Notes under the pieces: model-generated
Seen by the model: the letters and a program-made list of their open reading frames with translations, nothing else
What the model was told of the DNA's origin: nothing
Database searches by the model: none
Source: Plasmodiophora brassicae
Taxonomy: Eukaryota
Assembly (NCBI GenBank): GCA_036867785.1
Contig: CP145422.1
Location: forward strand, 682,001-746,000
Direction: 5' to 3'
DNA length: 64,000 nt
Program-made: the position numbers and the translations under genes
Part shown: in pieces, positions 1-10,508 of the stretch
Position numbering within the stretch: the first letter of the stretch is position 1
Layout of the letters: each line of letters begins with the position of its first letter

Positions 1-1604
1 CGTTAGCAGTAGCCGTAAATGCAGTGGCCATAGATCTGACGATGACGCCAAAGAATACGTGTTGAACGAACGGTTCCATCAGCGCATGTACGAGTCCCTG
101 CAACCAGGTGCTGTAGAGTGCGTAAACAGGCACCCTGGCATTGTATCGGGACACAATATGAACATTATACTTGCATCAGAATTGACGACGGGGTCGCGGC
201 ACACGACCCGAATCCGCCTTCACTGTCCGATCTGGTCAAGACTGCCGAGCTCCGCTGGGAAATGGTAGGTTTTAAGGCCTTGTGCGCGTCGAAGGTTGAG
301 TTCTGACAAACGCTCTCTACCTAGCTACTTCACTATATGGTTGGCTCGCAACGATATTCGCCTCCTTCGAAACCAGTCACGAACCTGCTGAAGAAAATGG
401 ACCTCATGTAAGCCGACTGCTCCTTCCGATCAGTGCATCTCTGGTGGAACTTACAGCTGCCTCTACCGTAGTTCGGTGCAGAACGGACAAGTTCGCCCGA
501 CCAGTTTCGGGTTCAAATTCCTTTTCAAGGACCTGTACTCTCAGTTATGGACTATCCTGATCGGATACATGAACAACCTTGAGGTTTGCGTTATTGGGCA
601 CTGTCCTGGTATGCGGTCTCAAACTGTCTGCGTAGGCTCGAAGTATGAACCGCCGCGAAGTGCTGTCGTTCTTGTTTCGCCTCGGGTTCCTTGAGCTCGG
701 CAAGGTAACTTCATGCATTTCGTCACGACTTCCATGCTGACACAAGCGCCAGGGGTATTCCTTGCGCACACTAACCGCGAGTCAGAAGAAGGTCGTAGCT
801 GATCTCTTCGAGTTCGGCATGATTCACCGCGCTACTGCAAAGAGCGACTGGTATTATCCAACGAGTCTTGCCATCGGCCTATCGTCTGGGAAATCGGAGT
901 CCCTGGGTGGCGGCGCGACTCAACGCTTTATTATTGTCGAAACTACGTTTAAGGTAACGGCGAACGCTTCGCGTTCATACTTCCCGGCGCTTACGTCATG
1001 CCAGGTGTATGCGTACACTGCCTCGCCGCTGCAGATTGCCTTACTAGGAATGTTCGTTGGGCTTGAAGCTCGACTTCCAAACCTAATCGTCGGTATGAAG
1101 TCAGGCAAGAAGTCATTTGGAGACGTTCTCTTACTGTGCTATATCTGTAGCACGAATCACGAAGAAGACAATACGACGAGCGCTTTCGATCGGTATCGGG
1201 GCGGAAGAGATCATAGCGTTCCTTCGTGCGCATGCGCATCAGGCATCCGCCCTACTTGGGAACGTTGCATCTGACCTGAATTCCCCTCCCGACAACGTCG
1301 TTGACCAAATAAGGCTGTGGCAGGTAATGTTGTTGTTGATGTCTGGAATCCACCGTTCTAAACGTTTGGGCCTCAGTCTGAGAGGCATCGTCTGTCATCA
1401 CGACCAGCGGCGCTCTTTCGCCAATTCAAAGATCGTGACGAATTCCAGACCCTTCTGGACTTCGCCGAGTCTAAGCAACTGGTTCTTTGGAAATCGCCCG
1501 AGTCGATGATGTTTGTCACCGTCCCGCATGGAGACGTCCCGATCCGCGAGTATTTGAATCGGATCAGGGGGCCAACAACAGCGACGAATACAGCAATCAG
1601 CTAG
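1..1604 (+). CDS. GTF2H4: TFIIH subunit Tfb2/p52, multi-exon, 5' end outside the window
   Basis: Spliced segments read YYPTSLA, FIIVETTFK/VYAYTASPLQIALL, ITKKTIRRALSIGIGAEEIIAFL and PDNVVDQIRLW. The last exon (1377-1604) ends in TAG. Confidence 0.9.
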
Positions 1605-1648
1605 AGAACTGGGTCTGTATTGCAACGCCTTGACGGGGCGTACTGGCA

Positions 1649-2053
1649 TCACACTAGGCAGCTTCGTTTGTTGTGCCCAATGCTCCCGCACGCCGAGCAT
1701 CGTTGCCGTTTGCGTGTGGACGTCGAGCGGATCATCAGGAGTGTATCCACTCCATGTCTATCCCTCGCGTCCAGCTGTTCGACTCTGGGGGAGCACTTGG
1801 CGCCAGAAAGTCCATGGGCGTTGTACTCTCGGCACATAGCATCCATGTTGGATGCAAAGCCGGTGAAGTCGACAAGCTCGTCGCCGGGCAAGGTTATGGA
1901 GCTGTTGTCGCCTTCGCATAGGCGAGATACCTTGACGTTCGTCGTTGTCGGCCGGCCTCTCACTGGTTCGCCGGGTTCAGCGCTGGCTTGCTTGACGCCG
2001 CCGATCCCCGGTATCGGTTTCATAGGCATCACCTCGACTGGTGCCGAGTCCAT
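1649..2053 (-). CDS. Hypothetical protein with C-terminal CCHC zinc knuckle
   Basis: 134-aa ORF ending RKRQRCSACGSIGHNKRSC (C-x2-C-x4-H-x4-C). An upstream exon is possible. Confidence 0.5.
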   Translation of the reverse strand: MDSAPVEVMPMKPIPGIGGVKQASAEPGEPVRGRPTTTNVKVSRLCEGDNSSITLPGDELVDFTGFASNMDAMCREYNAHGLSGAKCSPRVEQLDARDRHGVDTLLMIRSTSTRKRQRCSACGSIGHNKRSCLV

Positions 2054-2537
2054 CTATATACACGAACGAGCAAAGTCAGGATAATTGGCGAAAGAGCGTC
2101 GACCACAATCGTCGACGACCGATAGTTGCGTGTTGGCCACGACCGGGACTGGAACATTTGCGTCCAGCATGGCCACCACCATAGAGTTGTGGACAACTGT
2201 CGACGCACGACTCGTCGGGTATAGGCCCGGGCAAGCACGCTAGCAATCGTGTTTGGTATGAGGTCGTACCCTGAACAGCTTTTCTCTCGAACGACCCCAG
2301 GTACCCCCACGATCCAACCATAAGAGCGGCTTATGAAGGCCCTGTGAGGCCCCCCAGGAACTAACCTTAATCAGGCAGACGCTTTGCACATACTGGTCTC
2401 GAATCGTTCATCTGTTCATCATGTAGGATTCCAACCGTCCCAGAGCGTCCTGTCTTGGACGAGGTACAACTGGGCGTCAGGTCTCAGCGGCCTCTCCCCA
2501 CTGGTTATTCGGAATCTCCAGAGGTGTGAGGGGCGTA

Positions 2538-3233
2538 ATGGGTCTACGCGCACTGTCGGGTGTCTTGGTCTTCGCGATCATGCCGATAACGTTGACGGCG
2601 CCGTGTGGCTTCGAGCCACATATGCCACTGCGCGAGTTCGCGTTGCACAATGCTGAGTTCGCTGGCCTGGTTGACATGCGGAATGCCGCGTTCGCCCAGC
2701 TTCGGGCCTGCACTGATTCCGTTAATCACCTGCGAGCGGACCTGTGCAGGCACGCTGCCTTAGACGCCATCCACTCGGAGAGGGAATGGGTAGTGAAGGC
2801 GCTCATCCTAGGCGAGGATATGCCGCTACCGAAGATAACACTACGATACCCATACGATTGCAATCGGTACCGGTACGAACCTGGGCTGGCGGCAATGCTG
2901 CAATTCACGCTGGACGATCGCCATATACAGCATGACGTGAGCATGTTCCTCGACGGAACGTCGACAATGCTGACGAGGCTAGAAACCGACCTGGCAGGTC
3001 GTTTCAAGCCCTCCGAGTCAGACTTCGCGCTACGACAGGCTGATTGCGACGCCCTGGCACGCTACTACGATGCCATCGCAGCCTCTGTCAACGAGTTCCT
3101 GCGTACGGTCAGGCGAAGCTATGCCGCGCGTGCCACGAGGCACCGACAACGGTACCGCAAGAAGCGCCCCGGTTACGCCAGGCCCCTGCCCTCGCCACTA
3201 CGTCCTGCCCTGTACGCACAGATGGGTACGTGA
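2538..3233 (+). CDS. Hypothetical secreted protein
   Basis: Intronless ORF with signal-peptide-like MGLRALSGVLVFAIMPITLTA, a helical body and basic C-terminal RHRQRYRKKRP. Confidence 0.6.
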   Translation: MGLRALSGVLVFAIMPITLTAPCGFEPHMPLREFALHNAEFAGLVDMRNAAFAQLRACTDSVNHLRADLCRHAALDAIHSEREWVVKALILGEDMPLPKITLRYPYDCNRYRYEPGLAAMLQFTLDDRHIQHDVSMFLDGTSTMLTRLETDLAGRFKPSESDFALRQADCDALARYYDAIAASVNEFLRTVRRSYAARATRHRQRYRKKRPGYARPLPSPLRPALYAQMGT

Positions 3234-3377
3234 CGGTTCAGCGCGTTTCGATTCCTTAGCCTGCCCCATTGATGAACGTTTAGCGACAGGCGGACCCGTT
3301 CTCTGCTGAATGAACAACGGTTGACTGCAGTCCGTTGCGGAGTCCGTGGCCAATGCCAGTGTGACTGCGGTCGCACA

Positions 3378-4514
3378 ATGGCGACGTCGGTGTCGATCTC
3401 GGACCCGTACCGAGTGGCGCTGGTGCCCGAGTGCCCGGAGTGTGGGCCGTCGCCGCGCGGCGACCGCGTTATCCTCGACTCGTCGGGCGGCAAGTTCGTC
3501 TGCACCGACTGCGGCATCGTCGTCGGCGATCGTTTGATCACGGACGAGAGCGAATGGCGGACGTTCAGCAGCGATCACGGTGCCGGTGGCGATGACCGCA
3601 ATCGTGTCGGCGGCCCCGATAATCCTCTCTTTGAGGATCGCGAACTGACAACTGGAATTGCGGCGGACCCATCGAACATGTCTCGGGCTGCCTGCCTTCG
3701 CCTGTCGACGCGGTTCTGAATTGTATTGGATTCAGGAATTCGGTCCTGGGCAAATGGCAGAGCCTGGCATCGGGGCGGGGTAGTGAGAAAACGATCATCG
3801 AAGGGTTCTCCGAGATTGGCGAATTCGGCCATCGCATGGACCTCAGCGATTCGGTCCAGTATCGCGCCAAGGAGATCTTTAAGCAGATGCACGAGACGAA
3901 GAAGCTCAGAGGGCGCCCCCGGAATCTCATTGTCACTGCTTGCCTCTTCATTGCGGTACCGCAGACCTCAACCGTCGCCGTCCGGATCGTGTCTGATCCT
4001 GTGCGTCTAGTGCCAGGGTCAGAACGTCGATCGATCCCGGAAGGAGTTCTGCCGCATTACCGATGTCGACCTTCGCGACCTGGGTCGAGTGATCCAGAAG
4101 ATTCAGAAGCACATGAAGTCGGTGGCCCCATCGTCGTCATCGTCGGCGTATGGCCCTGTGGCGACGGCACGACCGCAGAAGCCATCGGCAGCAACGGCGT
4201 ACCTGAACCGGTTCTGTGCCCTGCTGAACCTGAAGCAGTCGTTCATCAGCGCTGTGTCGACGGTGGTCAGGCGCGTCGAGGCCATGGGTATCATGGCGGG
4301 GCGGAACCCGGCCACGCTGGCCTGCGCCTGCATCTATCTGGTCTCGGTGCTGAAACCGGAAACCAGACGCAACATCAGCGATATCGCGGATGTGGCTGCG
4401 ATTGCCGCCAGCACCATCAGGCTGGGGTACAGAAGCCTGCACCCGTATCGTCATTCGCTGATCCCAAAGGCCTACGCCGACGAGTCGGACATTGAGAGCA
4501 TGCCTTCGTCGTGA
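3378..4514 (+). CDS. GTF2B: Transcription initiation factor TFIIB (3 exons)
   Basis: Zn ribbon CPEC...CTDCG, B-reader ESEWRTF and RVGGPDNPL, cyclin repeats with GRNPATLACACIYL. Confidence 0.95.
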
Positions 4515-4585
4515 CATTGTACCATACAGTTATTATATCCACCGCTGCTGCGGCTACGTCTGTATTATACTACCCTCTCGCACGA

Positions 4586-5098
4586 TCATACGATCGGTGT
4601 CGTTGCCAGCGCTGTGTAGGCAACAACAGGGACCACGATCTTCCTTCGGCCGCTGAAGAAGACGGCAACGCCTTCGCCGATGCTGGCCACTAGGGACAGC
4701 GTCGCAGTCGGCGACGATAACGCGACAGGGGCGCTGTACGCCACGCTGCAGGCACAGATCGTGTACGACGCGGCCGACATCCATCTGCGTTCGTTCCTGT
4801 CCCGCCCGGATGCGAACACGATCCCGCATCGCAGTAGCGTTAGCGCCTGATGATGGGAAGCCGTCGTCAGCACACGGGACAGGACCGAATCGGGCATGCG
4901 GTGCCCTACAGGGATCAGCGCGCGCGCCTGTCGTGAGACAGGCTCCAGGACAGCGATCACAGCGAGCGTCGCGGCGACGTCACACAGGGCGAGCAGTTGC
5001 GGTATGACGTCGGCCAGGTAGGCGACCACCATGACAGCGGCGAACTTGACATGCAGCAGCAGACGCACGAGGCGCGCGCCGGCAGACGACGCGCTCAT
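4586..5098 (-). CDS. Hypothetical hydrophobic/membrane protein
   Basis: ORF with several hydrophobic stretches; no recognised family. Confidence 0.3.
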   Translation of the reverse strand: MSASSAGARLVRLLLHVKFAAVMVVAYLADVIPQLLALCDVAATLAVIAVLEPVSRQARALIPVGHRMPDSVLSRVLTTASHHQALTLLRCGIVFASGRDRNERRWMSAASYTICACSVAYSAPVALSSPTATLSLVASIGEGVAVFFSGRRKIVVPVVAYTALATTPIV

Positions 5099-6317
5099 GC
5101 TCGCCGCGCGCCTGTACGGCAACCTGAGCGAAGTCGGCAACCGGGGAACGCCTGGGCGTTGCCCGCGGATCGCTTCGTGGCGTTATCAGCGTACTCGCTA
5201 CCCTCGGGCGAACGCAGCGCCGGCGTCGACGCGCCAGTCGCAGTCCAGGCGCCGCGCGTCTAATTCAGCAAGCAGCCGTTTGCCGGAAGCGCGCTGCCGG
5301 CCCAGACGCCCTCCCGGGTGACGTCATGCCGCGCAATCGGAAGGGAATCGGGGGGCGCCGTCTACAGCAGTTATACTCGGCGCCCCCCGTATGTCTCTCT
5401 GCCTAAAAGCAGGGACGACGCTAACGCGACGACGAGCGCCCGGGTGACGACCGCACGACAGGTCGGCATCACGTGTGTTGGCATGCGGGTGTTGTGCCCT
5501 ACCTACGCTAGGCGGTGCGCCCGAGAGATTCTCGGTCGCATAACGATTCGGTTGTTGCTGGGCACCGATGGGCAACAACCACGGGCGGGGTCGTGCGACA
5601 GCGTGCGGGCTGGGCGCCACCTGTAGGTACTCGCGCTCGCGAGTTCACCGCTCGTTCTTGCGACCAACAGGATGTTACGTGCTCAATGCGATGTCGCCGA
5701 ACCTTCGACATTCCCATTCCGTCAACCGGCATCAGGTACGCGAATCAACCCCATCGGCTGAACATGGTATCGTACGGGAATGGAAGGTGTCGCAATCGCA
5801 AATGCACTCGGACTGTATTCCGCATATCAGCGCCGTCCCCCTCGCTGACGGCCAGCTCCCGTCTTTGTGGACCCGGGCCCTACACGTGCTTAATGTACGG
5901 CGTGCCAGGGAACGGGCAGACATTCCATAGCGCTCGACACCAACTACCCGCTGCTCTACCGAGCGCGCCGCGTCCGCTCGAGAACGACGACCTGGAGGAG
6001 CCGGCCGCGTTTCCCAGGGGGGCAGCTCGGCAACGTGCATGAAATGTAGCGTCGCGCATACACCTCGTCTGTCGGCATTGCTAAGCCGTGAGGCACCTTG
6101 CCTGCGACGCACGCGATCGGCGCCGCTCATCGCGGACGTCCGTCGTTAATGCCTCGACGGCGGCGTCCGGAAGAGTCCGGTCCCCGACCGCGCGCGCGTG
6201 CGCCTCCTACCAATTCCTCGTCGGGAGATCGTGTATCGACGAGCGAAACGAGGCGAACGTCGTCAAGTTTTGGTTTACTACTGGCGTTGTTTCAGTTTGG
6301 TGTGATGTTATCCCGGA

Positions 6318-9300
6318 TTAGAGGACGATGACAGCGGCAGCGAACGCCAGGACGATGGCCGCCGCGACGTTGAGCGCCGGTGCGCCACTGCCCTTCTTCA
6401 GCGTCATCTTCTCGAACGCCGACGCGTTGTATCGGGTCGCGTTGATCTGCGACGGCAGCCCGCACGAGTAATCGACGACGAGGTGGTAGTCGCGCGCAGG
6501 CGCCTTCGCGGTCGCGTCGCCGTACGTCGTCGTCGCATTGGTGCCGCAGGACGGCGTGCCGAACGTGGCCACGGTCGCGTTCACGTCGCAACGCTCTCGG
6601 CGCAGGCACTGGTCCATCAGCACCGGCAACGGGTCGACGTGGCAGTCGCCCTGCTTGAACGGGCCCTTGCAGGACGACGGGTTCCCGAAGCTCCCCTGCG
6701 CGAACCCGGTGATGACCTGGCCCTTCGGGCAGACGATCTCGCGGTGGCTCTTGGACGAGAAGCACCGCTCCTTGCCTTCGTCGACGTACACGCAGTCGTA
6801 GTCGGCCAGGACGCGGAAGTTGTTCGCATCGCTGGCCGCGTCGCAGGGTATGCCGAACAGCTTCGGGTTCGCCTCGACGTAGCACGATTCGCGCCCGGCA
6901 CACATGCGCTCCAGCGTCTCCTTCACGTTCAGGCTGCACGTCGTGTTGGACGACCACGGCTTGGAGCACGACCCCTTCTGCAGGCCGAACGTCGCCCGGC
7001 GCACGCGCTTGATGACGTGCTTGGCGGGGCACACCATCGCCTTGCCGCCGTTGTGGACGATGTTCTCGTAGCACTTGGCGACCACGGGTCTGGCCGGCTC
7101 GCGGCTGGGCGCGTAGCTGTGCTCCTGCTCCTGCCCGGCGTGCTTGGCCTTGTCACAGACGTAGTTGACGAGCAGGCGGTACCGTCCATCACGGGACGGG
7201 CAGGGCGCGCCGAAGAACGCCGGGTCGGCCGACACCTGGCACGACGTCTTGCCGAGGCAGGCCCCGCTGATCTTGTCGACGACGTCGCGGTGGCAGGCCG
7301 GGTTCGCTTGCCACAGCTTCGAGTGGAAGCAGGTGCCGTGCGGCAGGCCGAACGTCGACGACGTGAACGCGACGATCACGTCGCCGTCGTCGCAGCCCAG
7401 CGTCTGGAAGTGGTCGGCCGTCTCGCTCTCGAAGCACATGTGCCTGCGCCCGTGGGTCGTCGTCGTCGTACCCGACTGTTGCTGCTGCTCGTGCTGCTCG
7501 TGCTGCTGCTGGTGCTGCGACTTGGTCGTCGTAACGCCACCCCGCTTCGGCAGGAACGCATGCGGACGCGACTTGGTCGTCGTCGTCGGCGTCGTCGGCG
7601 TCGTAACGTCAACGTCGTCGTCGCAGTCCTCGACAGCGGGAATCGGCGCTGTCGTGATCCGCTGGAACATGGGCGTCGTCGTGAAGTTCGGCAGGAACAG
7701 GGGCGGCATGTCGGTCGTCGGCGCCGCGTCGCTCCCGTTCGTTGTGTTCGGCGCCAGAGGCGCCGTCGTCGCTGTCGTTGGCGCCACCAGGTCGCCGGAC
7801 GTGTTCGTCGTTGGCGGCGGCGTTGTCCCGTTGACGATCGTGACAGACAGCGTCGCGTTCGGGTGCTTCGGCGCGGTCGTGTTCACCATCGTCGGTGCCA
7901 CCAGGTCACCCGACGTCGTGTTCGGCGACGTTGTCGGCGCCGTCGTTGTCGCGTTCGACTTTGGCGCGGTTGGCGCGGTCGTGTTCGTCCCGTTCGGCGC
8001 GATCGACGTCGGGGCGACCATGTCACCAGACGGCATCGGCGTTGTCGTGTTCGTCTTGTTCGGCGCGATCGACGTCGGGGCAACCATGTCACCGGACGGC
8101 ATCGGCGTTGTCGTGTTCGTCCTGTTCGGCGCGATCGACGTCGGGGCAACCACGTCACCGGACGGCTTTGGCGTCGTCGTGTTCGTCGGGGCCGTCGTCG
8201 TTGTCGCGTTCGGCGACGTCGTCGGGGAGACCGATGCCGGTGCGACAACGTTGCCAGAGGGGGCCGGCGTCGGCGCCGTCGAGTTGGGCGACGTCGTCGG
8301 TGCGGTCGACGCCGGTGCGGCCAGGTCGGCAGACGGCGCCGGCGTGCTCGTGTTCGTCGTGGTGGTCGGCGGCGGCGTTGTCATCGACGTCGGCCCGGAC
8401 AGGTCGCCCAGCGGCGCCGTCGTCGGGTGGATGCACTGATAGTCGACACGGTCGACAGGAACGCTCGTCAGGACGCACATCGGTTGCCCGTTGCAGAGAC
8501 GCTGGACGGTGTCCAGCGCGGCGGTCGGCGCGGCCAGCGACCCTTCGTACGCGTTGACGATGTGCAGCGTCGATCCTTCCTCGCACCGGATCACCTCGGG
8601 CATCGCGGGCGCCGGCGCCGTCGTGAAGACGGGCACCTGCAGGCGCACGTTCGTCGAGTTGAACGGGTGCCGGGCCGTCGGCCCGCTCAGGTCACCGGGC
8701 GCCGTCGTGTACGTGGCGTTAGCGGGCGCCGTCGTCGGGAACAGGACAGGCGACGCGGTCCCACCAGGCATTGTCGTCGGGGCCGTCGTCCCGTTGACCA
8801 GGTCGATGGGCGTCGACGTGAAGACCATCGGACGGGAGGACTGGCCAGGCATTGTCGTCGGGGCCGTCGTCCCGTTGACCAGATCGATGGGCGTCGACGT
8901 GAAGACCATCGAATTGGAGACTTGGCCAGGCATTGTCGTCGGGGCCGTCGTCCCGTTGACCATGTCGATGGGCGTCGACGTGAAGACCTGACCCGGCATT
9001 GTCGTCGGTGCCGTTGTCGAGTTCTCTGGCGTCGACACATTAATCGGCATCGTCGTGGGCGCCGTCGTCGTGTTCAACGCGATATCCTCTGTTGTGGGCA
9101 GATTGCCAGGCGCCATCGTCGGCGCCGTCGTCTCGTTGACCATGTCGATGGGCGTCGACGTGAAGACCGTCGGCGCCGTTGTCCCGTTGACCATGTCGAT
9201 GGGCGTTGACGTGAAGACCGTTGGCGAGGTGAACGACCCGGGCGCCGTCGTCTTGTTGTGATGTTTGTGCTTCTTGTGCGGATGCGTTGTCATCGGCAAC

Positions 9301-10508
9301 GTGGCGTTGTCCGGTGCCGTCGTCATCATGGTCCCCGGCATGGACATGTCGCCAGACGGGAACTGGATCGGCGTCGGCGCCTTGGTCGGGTACTCGAAGA
9401 TAACCTCTTCGACGATGGGCGCCATCGGCATCGCCGTCGGCATCGTAGTGGACGCCGAACCCGAGCCGTACAGGCCCGCCCCAGTTACAGACAGCGGCAC
9501 GTCGACCGGTGCCATCGTCAGCTCAGGCTGGATGAAAAGAGCAGGCTGAATGGGCATCACAGGCTGTTGGAAGGCCACAGGCTGCTGAACGGCGACCGGG
9601 GCGGGCGAAGGCGGAGGCGGTGGCACCGTCGCGAACACTTCCGGGAACGGTGGCCACTGGATGTTGAAGTCGCTCGAAGGAGACGGCGTTGGCGCTGAGC
9701 CGGGCGTCGACGATGACCCACCGTTGTTGCCGCTGCTGGGCGCTGGCGACGACGAATTGCCCGACGGGCTCGGCGCTGGCGAGGAACTGCTCGACGGCGA
9801 CGACCCGCTCGACGGCGACGACCCGCTCGTCGGCGTCGGGGAATTGCCCGAAGGCGAGGACGTGCTCGACGAAGAGCCGCCCGAAGGCGACGATGATGAC
9901 TGGCTGCCCGGGCTGGCAGTCGAGACAGCCGTTGTCGGTGATGGTTCCGTCGTGGGCATGTTGATGTTGATCGTCGTCCCGCTGCTGCTGCTGCTGCTGC
10001 CGCTTGAAGTCGAGGAAGAGGACGAGGAAGACGATGATCCAGAGTCGGAGCTCGACCCGCTGCTCTTCTTGTGCTTGGGTTTCTTCTTGTGGTGCTTCTT
10101 CGGCTTCTTCTTGTGGTGCTTCTTCTGCGACTTGCCGTACCGGGCGGGTTTCGCGTTGCCGTACAGGCCCTTGTCGTTGCCGTTCACCTGGTACGGCTTG
10201 TTGTCGTTGAAGCGGAAGGCGGGCGGGTTCTGGAACTCGGGCGCCAGCGTCATCGGCGCCGTGGTCGGCGCTGGCGTTGGTGCCGGCGTCGGGGCGGGCG
10301 TCGGCGCCGGTGTCGGAGCTGGGGTTGGTGCTGGAGTCGGCGCCGGGGTTGGCCTTTCGCCATAGATTGGTAGGATCAGTGGCGCGTTCGCTAGCTTGGC
10401 GGCGACCTCCTTGGCGTACTCGGCTCCCTCACCGAGGGCGCGAACGTGGCCGGCCAGGACGAGAAGCGCCATGGGAATGAGGATCGAGACGGACCTGGCG
10501 GTCATCAT
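6318..10508 (-). CDS. Secreted, probably GPI-anchored Pro/Thr/Ser-rich mucin-like protein with SUEL (galactose/rhamnose-binding) lectin domains
   Basis: Intronless 1396 aa. Signal peptide, (PTPA)n, KKHHKKKP repeats and a TTAP-rich stalk. Three Cys-patterned SUEL-like domains at about 7436-6462 (FG.P.G.C...C.GK.SC.V.A....FG.PC) plus a degenerate one at about 8590-8432. Hydrophobic C-terminus. Confidence 0.85.
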   Translation of the reverse strand: MMTARSVSILIPMALLVLAGHVRALGEGAEYAKEVAAKLANAPLILPIYGERPTPAPTPAPTPAPTPAPTPAPTPAPTPAPTTAPMTLAPEFQNPPAFRFNDNKPYQVNGNDKGLYGNAKPARYGKSQKKHHKKKPKKHHKKKPKHKKSSGSSSDSGSSSSSSSSSTSSGSSSSSSGTTININMPTTEPSPTTAVSTASPGSQSSSSPSGGSSSSTSSPSGNSPTPTSGSSPSSGSSPSSSSSPAPSPSGNSSSPAPSSGNNGGSSSTPGSAPTPSPSSDFNIQWPPFPEVFATVPPPPPSPAPVAVQQPVAFQQPVMPIQPALFIQPELTMAPVDVPLSVTGAGLYGSGSASTTMPTAMPMAPIVEEVIFEYPTKAPTPIQFPSGDMSMPGTMMTTAPDNATLPMTTHPHKKHKHHNKTTAPGSFTSPTVFTSTPIDMVNGTTAPTVFTSTPIDMVNETTAPTMAPGNLPTTEDIALNTTTAPTTMPINVSTPENSTTAPTTMPGQVFTSTPIDMVNGTTAPTTMPGQVSNSMVFTSTPIDLVNGTTAPTTMPGQSSRPMVFTSTPIDLVNGTTAPTTMPGGTASPVLFPTTAPANATYTTAPGDLSGPTARHPFNSTNVRLQVPVFTTAPAPAMPEVIRCEEGSTLHIVNAYEGSLAAPTAALDTVQRLCNGQPMCVLTSVPVDRVDYQCIHPTTAPLGDLSGPTSMTTPPPTTTTNTSTPAPSADLAAPASTAPTTSPNSTAPTPAPSGNVVAPASVSPTTSPNATTTTAPTNTTTPKPSGDVVAPTSIAPNRTNTTTPMPSGDMVAPTSIAPNKTNTTTPMPSGDMVAPTSIAPNGTNTTAPTAPKSNATTTAPTTSPNTTSGDLVAPTMVNTTAPKHPNATLSVTIVNGTTPPPTTNTSGDLVAPTTATTAPLAPNTTNGSDAAPTTDMPPLFLPNFTTTPMFQRITTAPIPAVEDCDDDVDVTTPTTPTTTTKSRPHAFLPKRGGVTTTKSQHQQQHEQHEQQQQSGTTTTTHGRRHMCFESETADHFQTLGCDDGDVIVAFTSSTFGLPHGTCFHSKLWQANPACHRDVVDKISGACLGKTSCQVSADPAFFGAPCPSRDGRYRLLVNYVCDKAKHAGQEQEHSYAPSREPARPVVAKCYENIVHNGGKAMVCPAKHVIKRVRRATFGLQKGSCSKPWSSNTTCSLNVKETLERMCAGRESCYVEANPKLFGIPCDAASDANNFRVLADYDCVYVDEGKERCFSSKSHREIVCPKGQVITGFAQGSFGNPSSCKGPFKQGDCHVDPLPVLMDQCLRRERCDVNATVATFGTPSCGTNATTTYGDATAKAPARDYHLVVDYSCGLPSQINATRYNASAFEKMTLKKGSGAPALNVAAAIVLAFAAAVIVL
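7975..8170 (-). repeat. 66-nt coding tandem repeat PSGD(M/V)VAPTSIAPNxTNTTTPM x3
   Basis: Three near-identical ttcggcgcgatcgacgtcgggg units 66 nt apart. Confidence 0.85.
8760..9220 (-). repeat. Coding repeats VFTSTPID(M/L)VNGTTAPT(TMPG) x5
   Basis: Near-identical gtcgatgggcgtcgacgtgaagacc units recur. Confidence 0.85.
10262..10350 (-). repeat. 12-nt coding tandem repeat (PTPA about x7)
   Basis: Translation PTPAPTPAPTPA... with synonymously diverged DNA units. Confidence 0.85.

Noticed and set aside
6483-9209. 908-aa antisense ORF and other long ORFs overlapping the mucin
   Set aside because: Arg/Val-rich shadow frames caused by GC-rich, repetitive codon usage of the real minus-strand gene.
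7975-9220. Direct repeats with spacers as a CRISPR array
   Set aside because: In-frame coding repeats in a eukaryotic gene; no cas genes.
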